From an uncultured Actinomycetes bacterium (GTDB taxonomy: Bacteria > Actinomycetota > UBA4738 > HRBIN12): a stretch of 64,000 nucleotides of DNA. Shown here piece by piece: positions 57,028 through 64,000 of this stretch. The DNA lies in contig CAWHQA010000004.1 in the NCBI GenBank assembly GCA_963831325.1, forward strand, positions 20,029 to 84,028, given 5' to 3'. The position numbers and the translations under genes were made by a program. The notes under the pieces were generated by a model. It was given only the letters and a program-made list of their open reading frames with translations. It was not told the DNA's origin and ran no database searches. The stretch's first letter is position 1. Every line of letters starts with the position of its first letter.

Positions 57028-58565
57028 GCGATGTGACGCCGGTGCGCCGCGCCATGCTGGCGCCCTACGACAAGTCCGGGTTGGCTGCGTTCGCGACGGC
57101 CTTGGTGGAACGGGGCGTGGAGCTGGTCGCCTCCGGTGGCACTGCGAGCGTGCTGATCGATGCGGGCATCGCCGTCACGTCCGTCGAAGCGGTCACCGGC
57201 TCTCCCGAGATGCTCGATGGTCGCGTGAAGACCTTGCATCCCGCGATCCACGCCGGCCTGCTTGCCGATCGTCGCAACCGTGAGCACATGCGCCAGCTCG
57301 ACCAGATCGGCATCGCTCCCTTCGACCTGCTGATCGCGGGGTTGTATCCGTTCCGCGAGACCGTCGCCGCCGGTGCAGGTTTCGACGACGTGATCGAGAA
57401 GATCGACATCGGCGGGCCGGCCATGGTGCGGGGGGCGGCGAAGAACTTCGAGTCGGTCGGAGTGGTGGTCGACCCAGCCCGTTACGACGCCGTGATCGAG
57501 GAGCTCGACCGTGAAGGCGGACTCACGCGTGGGACACGTGCGGAGTTGGCCGCGGCAGCCTTCGCTCATACGGCCTCCTATGACGCGGCGGTCGCCGCCT
57601 GGTTCGCCGAGCAGCGGGCCGGCGAGGAGCTCCCTTCGTACGTTGGCCTCGCCTTCGAGAAGGTCAGCGATCTTCGCTACGGCGAGAACCCGCACCAGCG
57701 CGGCGCCCTCTACCGCCAGGCGGCGGGCGCAGGGGTGCTCGGCGGCGCCCGAGTGCTGCAGGGCAAGGACATGTCGTTCAACAACTGGCTCGATGCATTC
57801 GCTGCCTACGAGCTCGCCGGAGCGCTGCCCGATGGTTCGGCGGTGATCGTGAAGCACAACAACCCGTGTGGGGCCGCGGCCAGGGGTTCGCCATCCGATT
57901 CCTATCGGGCAGCGTTCGAGTGCGACGAGGTCAGCGCCTTCGGTGGCATCGTTGCGTTCCACGGCGAGGCGGGCGTCGACGCGGCGACGGCGATGGCAGG
58001 GGTGTTCACCGAGGTCGTGATCGCCCCGTCGTTCACACCCGAGGCACGCCTCGCGTTCGCCGAGCGAACCAACCTGCGGGTGGTGGAGGCGCCGCTTCCC
58101 GACGGATCGGGCCTCGATGTGCGGCCGCTGCCCGGCGGCGCCCTCGTGCAGGATCGCGACGCCGTGAACGAGACGCGGGCAGATTGGAAGGTGGCGGGAA
58201 GCCGGGAGCCCACGGCGCAGGAGTGGGCAGACCTCGAGCTCGCGTGGACCATCGCGTGGCGCGTGAAGTCGAACACGATCGTGCTCGTGAAGGACGGCGC
58301 GACCGTCGGCGTCGGCGCGGGGCAGATGTCGCGCGTCGACTCGTCGTGGATCGCGACCCGCAAGGCCGGCGATCGCGCGAAGGGCGCCGTGGTCGCGAGC
58401 GACGCGTTCTTCCCGTTCCCGGACGCGCTCGAGGTTGCGGCCGATGCCGGTTGCACAGCCGTCATCCACCCCGGAGGATCGAAAGGCGACGAGGCCGTGC
58501 TCGCCGCCGCCGAGCAGCACGGCATGGCCGTTGTGCTCACCGGCACACGACATTTCCGTCATTGA
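57024..58565 (+). CDS. purH: AICAR transformylase/IMP cyclohydrolase
   Basis: GRVKTLHP, IDIGGP, LRYGENPHQ, KHNNPCG, KSN, GQMSRVD, ASDAFFPF, RHFRH. Confidence 0.97.
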   Translation: MSDVTPVRRAMLAPYDKSGLAAFATALVERGVELVASGGTASVLIDAGIAVTSVEAVTGSPEMLDGRVKTLHPAIHAGLLADRRNREHMRQLDQIGIAPFDLLIAGLYPFRETVAAGAGFDDVIEKIDIGGPAMVRGAAKNFESVGVVVDPARYDAVIEELDREGGLTRGTRAELAAAAFAHTASYDAAVAAWFAEQRAGEELPSYVGLAFEKVSDLRYGENPHQRGALYRQAAGAGVLGGARVLQGKDMSFNNWLDAFAAYELAGALPDGSAVIVKHNNPCGAAARGSPSDSYRAAFECDEVSAFGGIVAFHGEAGVDAATAMAGVFTEVVIAPSFTPEARLAFAERTNLRVVEAPLPDGSGLDVRPLPGGALVQDRDAVNETRADWKVAGSREPTAQEWADLELAWTIAWRVKSNTIVLVKDGATVGVGAGQMSRVDSSWIATRKAGDRAKGAVVASDAFFPFPDALEVAADAGCTAVIHPGGSKGDEAVLAAAEQHGMAVVLTGTRHFRH

Positions 58566-58609
58566 CCGACCTTGGTCGGGCGTCAGAGCACGCGGGTAGG
58601 ATTCGCCCC

Positions 58610-59476
58610 GTGACCGCCCGCATCCTCGACGGCAGGGCCATCTCGGAAGCGATCCGCTCGGAGGTGAGTGAACGGGTGCGCGCGCTCGCCGACAGGGGTG
58701 CGGTGCCCGGATTGGCTGCAGTGCTCGTGGGCGAGGACCAGGCTTCTCGCATCTACGTCGGAGCCAAGCACAAGGCGTGTGCCGACGTGGGGATCCGCTC
58801 CGAGCAGGTCGATCTGCCTGCCTACGTGACCGAAGGTGAGCTGCTCGCGACCCTGCGCCGCCTGAACCGCGACCCCGATATCCACGGGATCCTCGTGCAG
58901 CTGCCGATGCCGGCGCACCTGCACGAGCTCGAGGTGCAGCGCACGGTCGCGCCCGAGAAGGACGTCGACGGTCTGCACCCCTGGAACGTCGGCATGATGG
59001 TGCGCGGCGAGCCGACGTTCACGCCTGCGACGCCCTACGGCATCATCGAGCTGCTGTTGCGAGAAGGCGTCGAGCTCGAGAGTGCAGAGGTCGTCGTGGT
59101 GGGCCACGGGGGTCTCGTGGGCGCCCCGCTCTCGATCATGCTCGCGCACGACTCGATCCGGGGAAACGCCACGGTGACCAGCACCCACGTCAAGACCCGC
59201 GATCTGGCGACGCACACCAGGCGTGCCGACATCCTCGTCGTCGCCGCCGGGGTCCCGCAGCTGATCGGCGGCGACATGATCAAGCCCGGTGCGACGGTGG
59301 TCGACGTGGGTGTGCATCGCACGGCCGAGGGGCTGGTCGGCGACGTCAAGCACGACGAGGCGGTCGAAGTCGCGGGGGCCATCACTCCCGTGCCCGGCGG
59401 GGTCGGACCCATGACCGTCGCCATGCTGCTGGTGAACACCGTGACCGCTGCGGAGCAACAGGCGTACGGTCGGTGA
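58610..59476 (+). CDS. folD: Methylene-THF dehydrogenase/cyclohydrolase
   Basis: S.IYV..K, GILVQLP, KDVDGLHP, DVG, ITPVPGGVGPMTVAML. Confidence 0.96.
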   Translation: MTARILDGRAISEAIRSEVSERVRALADRGAVPGLAAVLVGEDQASRIYVGAKHKACADVGIRSEQVDLPAYVTEGELLATLRRLNRDPDIHGILVQLPMPAHLHELEVQRTVAPEKDVDGLHPWNVGMMVRGEPTFTPATPYGIIELLLREGVELESAEVVVVGHGGLVGAPLSIMLAHDSIRGNATVTSTHVKTRDLATHTRRADILVVAAGVPQLIGGDMIKPGATVVDVGVHRTAEGLVGDVKHDEAVEVAGAITPVPGGVGPMTVAMLLVNTVTAAEQQAYGR

Positions 59477-60423
59477 GCGCCGCTCGCGGGTCTGCCGGCG
59501 CGGCGCCCGCGGCAGGCCGGCTCGCCGCGATCCTGCGGTCCGGCTCGTTCGCGGTGACCGGTGAGATCGTGCCTCCTCGGGGTGCCGACGGTGCCGCGGT
59601 CACGGCACATGCTCGCGCGCTCGTCGGCTCGATCGACGCGGCGAACGTGACCGACAATCCGATCGCGAGCGCGCACATGTCGGCCGTGGCGGGCACGGCG
59701 TTCGTCTCGCGGGCGGGCGTCGAACCAACCCTGCAGCTCACCTGTCGCGACCGGAACCGGCTCGCGATCACGTCGGACCTGCTGGGAGCCTGGGCGCTCG
59801 GAGCGCGCAACGTGCTGTGCCTGTCGGGCGACCCCATGCATGTCGGTGACGACGCGGGCGCGCTCACGGTGACCGACGTGTCGGTGCTCGATGTCGTGGA
59901 AGGCGTACGAAGGTTGCGCGACGAGGGCCTCGCGATGAACGGCGCCGAGGTGGCCGATCCACCGCGGTACACGATCGGGGTCGCCGAGATGCCGTTGGCC
60001 GATCCCTACGATCCGGCCCACCTGGAGCGCAAGCTCACGGCCGGCGCCGACCTGCTCTTCACCCAGATCACCTACGACGTCGAGGCCCTCAGCGCCTGGG
60101 CAGATGGAGCTCGAGCCAGGGGAGTGTTCGAGCGGGCGTCGGTGCTGGTGGGCATCGTGCCGCTTCGGAACGCGAAGGGCGCTCGCTTCATGCAGGAGCA
60201 GCTTCCTGGCGTACGTGTGCCGCCGGCGATCATCGACGCGCTCGAGGCCGCCGGCGACGACGCCGCAGCGCTCGGGCTCGACCTCACGGTCGATGTGGTT
60301 CGCGGCATCGAGGAGATCGAGGGCATCGGCGGCGTTCACCTGATGGGCATGGGGAACGACGATGCTGTGCGAACAGTGGTGGAGCGAGCCGGGCTGTTCC
60401 CACGGCCGACCGGCGCTCTGTAG
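59473..60423 (+). CDS. metF: Methylenetetrahydrofolate reductase
   Basis: EIVPP, NVTDNP, QLTCRDRNR, LCLSGD, K..AGAD..FTQ, GVHLM. Confidence 0.88.
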   Translation: MSAARGSAGAAPAAGRLAAILRSGSFAVTGEIVPPRGADGAAVTAHARALVGSIDAANVTDNPIASAHMSAVAGTAFVSRAGVEPTLQLTCRDRNRLAITSDLLGAWALGARNVLCLSGDPMHVGDDAGALTVTDVSVLDVVEGVRRLRDEGLAMNGAEVADPPRYTIGVAEMPLADPYDPAHLERKLTAGADLLFTQITYDVEALSAWADGARARGVFERASVLVGIVPLRNAKGARFMQEQLPGVRVPPAIIDALEAAGDDAAALGLDLTVDVVRGIEEIEGIGGVHLMGMGNDDAVRTVVERAGLFPRPTGAL

Positions 60424-60432
60424 GCGTTCCTC

Positions 60433-62081
60433 ATGGGTCGGCCGACCGCACCCGCGACGCTGATGATCCGGAACGCTCGTGTCTACACGGTCGATGCCGA
60501 GCTGCCATGGGCAGACGCCGTCGCCGTCGAGGGCAACCGCATCTCGTGGGTCGGCGGCGACGAGGGTGCCGCCGCCAGGACCGGGCCCGGCACGGAGGTC
60601 ATCGACGCGGGCGGCTCGACGGTGCTTCCAGGGTTCATCGACTCGCACAACCACGTGCGACTCGGCTCGAATCCGCTGGAAGTCGGGCTCGCCGGGGCCT
60701 CGACGCTCGACGATGTGAAGGGGCGTATCCGGGCGCACGCTGAAGCCCACCCCGAGCACGCGTGGATCGAGGGTGTCGGGTTCAACTACTCCGTGATGCC
60801 CGGCGGGCGTCTGCCGACCTGGCGAGATCTCGAAGGGCTCACCGGCGGGCGCCCGGCGTTCGTGTTGACCTACGACGCGCACAACGCGTGGCTGAACCGT
60901 GAGGCGATGGAGCTCCTCGGCATCGACCGTCGCGGCACGACGCTCGCATGGGGCCACGCGCGTATCGACCAGGGGAACGGTGAGCCCACGGGCATCGTCG
61001 GCGACTTCGCCGTCATGGGAATCAGTCGGCTCGGTCAGCGAGCGCTCGAGGCGTTCCTCCCCGGGTACGAGCCCGGGCTGCAGTACGAGCGGACGCTCGA
61101 GAGCCTCGATATGGCCACGGCGTTCGGCATCACGACGGTCGTCGAGCCGCAGAACTCGCCCGACGATATGTGGATCTTCGAGCGCGCTCGTGACGAGGGC
61201 CGGCTGCGCTCACGGCTGGTTGCGGCGAGTTCCATCCGGTCGGTACGAGCGACGCTGATCGCGACGAGTTCGGATCCGTGCGCGAGCGATACGACGACGA
61301 TCGACTGCGTGTCGGACCCATCAAGCTCTACATCGACGACGTGGTCGAGCCGTGGACCGCCGCGATGCTGGAGCCCTACGCCAACAAGCCGGGGGAGCGA
61401 GGCGACACGTTCTGGCGGCCCGAGGAGTTCGCGGAGCTGGTGATCGAGCTCGAACGCAGAGGGTGGTCGTGCCACGTACACGGCACGGGCGATCGAGGGC
61501 TGCGGGTCGCACTCGACGGGTTCGAGGCGGCCAGGCGCGCCAATGGTGATACCGGCGCTCGGCACGGCATGGTGCACACCGAGTGCCTGCACCCCGGCGA
61601 CGTGCCGCGGTTCGGTGCTCTCGGCGTGATCCCGATCATGCAGCCGCGCCACTGCGCGCCTGAGATCGTCGCCGACTGGCGAGCCAACGTGGGTGAGCAG
61701 CGATGGCGGCACGCGTGGGCGTTCCGGAGCCTCCGCGACTCAGGGGCCACGCTCGCGTTCTCGAGCGACTGGAACGTCGCCGAGATGGACCCGATCGTCG
61801 GCATCTACACGGCGATGACCAGGGCAGACCTCGATGGCGTCGAGTCGTGGGTGCCCGAAGAGACGGTGGACCTCGAGGGCGCGATCCGCGCTTACACGAT
61901 GGGCGGCGCCCAGGTCGTCTCCGCGGAGGATCGACGCGGGTCGATCACCGCCGGGAAACAGGCCGACCTCGTCGTGCTGAGCGGCGATCTGTTCGCGGAA
62001 GCCGACGCCGACCCGAGGAACGTGCTCGATGTCCATGCGACGCACACGATCGTCGACGGGGACGTCGTGCACCGAACCTAG
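60433..62081 (+). CDS. Amidohydrolase 3 family (YtcJ/NfdA-like) protein (frameshift ~61228)
   Basis: PGFIDSHNH, H..WLN, K.YIDD, HGTGD, HTE, FSSDW, AYT..GA, G.I..GK.ADLVVL. Confidence 0.88.
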
Positions 62082-62127
62082 GATCCGGTGACGAAACGGC
62101 GTCGGAGTTCGAGTCTTCCCTTCGCAC
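62072..62127 (+). other. Degenerate 3' half of a tRNA-Leu(UAG) (pseudo-tRNA or att-site relic)
   Basis: Anticodon arm ccgaa-ccTAGga-tccgg, long variable arm, T-arm cggag-TTCGAGT-cttcc, acceptor-like cttcgcac; 5' half absent. Confidence 0.6.
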
Positions 62128-62145
62128 GAGGATAGGTTGGCGTCG

Positions 62146-62862
62146 ATGGCGACCTTCGTGATCGTCCACGGCGGCTGGGGTGGCGGTTGGGAGTGGCGTG
62201 CCGTGACGGACGCCTTGATCGCCATGGGTCATCGTTCATTCGCCCCGACCCTCACGGGGTTGGGAGAGAGATCACACCTGGTATCGCGCTCTATCGGGCT
62301 GGCGACCCACGCCGAGGACGTCGTTCAGGTGATCCGCTGGGAACGAGCTTCGGACGTGCTGCTGGTGGGGCACAGTTACGGAGGCATGGTGACGACCGCC
62401 GCAGCGTCGAAAGCCCCAGACCTGGTCAAGGGCATGATCTACGTCGACGCCTTCATCCCGGAAGACGGGCAATCCGAGACGGACCTGATCGACCCCGATT
62501 GGGTCGAGTCCATGCTCCTGACGCCGGCCCTCGACCGTGGAGACGGGTGGCTGGTCCCATTCCCTTTCCCAGACGAACTCGATGGCTACCCCGCCGACGT
62601 CGCCGATCGCTATCGGGGCAGCGAGCACCCGCTCGCGACGCTGACGGATCCTGCAGCCGTCGATCCTCGCGTCGCGATGCTCCCCTCCGCCTTCATCCAC
62701 TGCACCGCGAAGGCTCCCGATGAAGACATGTTCGCAGGGTTCGCTCAAGGAGCTCGGCAACGTGGCTGGCCCGTCGTGGAGATCCATAGCGGACACGATG
62801 TCCAGATCGAACGGCCGGACGCTGTGGCAGGAGCTTTGCACGACCTCGCCGCCTCGATGTAG
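62146..62862 (+). CDS. Alpha/beta hydrolase (esterase, methylesterase-like)
   Basis: VHGGWGGGW, PTLTG.G, VGHSYGG, YVDA, SGHD. Confidence 0.92.
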   Translation: MATFVIVHGGWGGGWEWRAVTDALIAMGHRSFAPTLTGLGERSHLVSRSIGLATHAEDVVQVIRWERASDVLLVGHSYGGMVTTAAASKAPDLVKGMIYVDAFIPEDGQSETDLIDPDWVESMLLTPALDRGDGWLVPFPFPDELDGYPADVADRYRGSEHPLATLTDPAAVDPRVAMLPSAFIHCTAKAPDEDMFAGFAQGARQRGWPVVEIHSGHDVQIERPDAVAGALHDLAASM

Positions 62863-62896
62863 GGACTAACTCTGACCTGCAATCCCAATGAGGTGC

Positions 62897-64000
62897 TCAC
62901 GGCTGGACGCCACCGACCGTGAGGGCGCGCAGGGTCCCGTCCGCGGCGGTCACGAACAGCGCTCGACCTTCCCAGTCCGCGGGCCCCTCGAGCGAGGATC
63001 CGATGCGGACGACCGCGGATGGGGAACAGGCTTCGTCGCAGGCCGTCGGGAACGCGTAGAGGTTCCCGTCGCTCGAACCGACGTAGACCACCCCCGCAGC
63101 CGTGATCACGGAGGATGTCGGGGAACCGTTGATCTCGCCGACCCAGAACGGGTCGCACGCTGCGCCGTCCGAATCGGCAACGTTCGGGAACGGCGGCCAA
63201 TCCTCCTCCGGGCGCGCCCGAGACGAACACGACGCCGCCGTCGACCGCCGGCGTCGTCGGCGCGTCAGCCCGAGCTCGCCATACCGCTCGGCACCGTCCC
63301 GGGCAATCAGCGCGGAACCCGTAGAGGTAACCGGTGCTCGATCCCACCACGACCAGCCGATCTCCGACCACCGGTCCGATCGACATGCTGCCGGCGAACT
63401 GCGATTGCGTCGGCTCACACACACGGTCACACCGCGTCGGGAACACGACCGTATCGATCGCCCAGGACCGTCCAGACGGAGCCGTCCGTGACTGCAGGAG
63501 CGACCGGCGACCCGGGCTGTCCGTACGACGTTATCCGCCCGGTCCATGCGGGATCGCACGGACCCGGAGGCACAGCTCTCGAACGCGAGCAGGCGGTCGT
63601 CGCCGGCGTTGACGTAGATCACGCCGTCCGCGACGGACGGCGGCGAACCGACGTCGTCTCCCGTGTACGCCTTCCACGACGGGAGGCACGTCGCGCCCTT
63701 GGTGCCGCAACCCGTCTCGAAGGCGGCGAGGACCCCAGCCGTGGTGTGAACCACCACCTCGTCTCCGAGGATCGCCGGCGCCGACACGATCGAGCCGCGG
63801 AGACGTCCCACCCAGACGACCTGGCCGCCTCGGACATCGAGCGCGTACAGCACACCCGATCCTGTCCCCACGAACACGCGGTCTTCGTGGACCACTGGCG
63901 CCGTCGGCGCGTCACCGACGCCGGCCGTCCACGCGACCTCGAGACGACCGACCGTGGAGCGGTCGATGGGAGGCGGCCGACCGATGCCCCAGCTCGGACA
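62897..64000 (-). CDS. PQQ-like beta-propeller repeat protein (5' truncated, internal frameshifts)
   Basis: Repeated P.V....V.VG...G.LYA(L/F)...W blades with Cys-rich loops. Confidence 0.85.
   Translation of the reverse strand, partial: CPSWGIGRPPPIDRSTVGRLEVAWTAGVGDAPTAPVVHEDRVFVGTGSGVLYALDVRGGQVVWVGRLRGSIVSAPAILGDEVVVHTTAGVLAAFETGCGTKGATCLPSWKAYTGDDVGSPPSVADGVIYVNAGDDRLLAFESCASGSVRSRMDRADNVVRTARVAGRSCSHGRLRLDGPGRSIRSCSRRGVTVCVSRRNRSSPAACRSDRWSEIGWSWWDRAPVTSTGSALIARDGAERYGELGLTRRRRRRSTAASCSSRARPEEDWPPFPNVADSDGAACDPFWVGEINGSPTSSVITAAGVVYVGSSDGNLYAFPTACDEACSPSAVVRIGSSLEGPADWEGRALFVTAADGTLRALTVGGVQP

Overview
High-GC Actinomycetota chromosomal segment, probably from a long-read metagenome assembly. 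Many 1-nt indels, often in homopolymers, break even essential genes such as pcrA and sucD. Core content in order: end of the spc/alpha ribosomal cluster (rplN to rplQ, no rpsD), truA, rplM-rpsI, arsR-arsM-arsC, glmM-glmS, acpS-nnr-alr-udg-tsaEB-rimI-tsaD, two NDP-sugar epimerases, CIRCE-controlled groES-groEL, a Leu/Val dehydrogenase, an AlkP-family gene with cysC, guaB3-guaA, sortase, pcrA, a B12-binding mutase subunit, sucCD, purNH, folD and metF. Most notable observations: (1) an operon of four tandem alpha/beta-hydrolase + class III cyclase (LipJ/Rv1900c-like) paralogs. Three have the purine-selecting Lys/Asp pair changed to Asp/Lys or Asp/His, and three have degenerate hydrolase triads, suggesting a sensory array that may make non-cAMP messengers. 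(2) A 35-bp tandem repeat in which each unit is an RBS plus a 12-codon mini-ORF whose stop overlaps the next ATG, forming a translational relay into the AlkP-cysC operon. (3) An ATG-TAG start-stop plus terminator-like hairpin in the guaB3 leader. (4) A degenerate tRNA-Leu(UAG) 3' half whose anticodon serves as a gene's stop codon. (5) Widespread leaderless promoters. (6) Unusual proteins: an ASCH-cupin fusion, a TIMP-like secreted protein and a zinc-ribbon protein with a duplicated unknown domain. All calls come from reading the sequence; no database searches were run.
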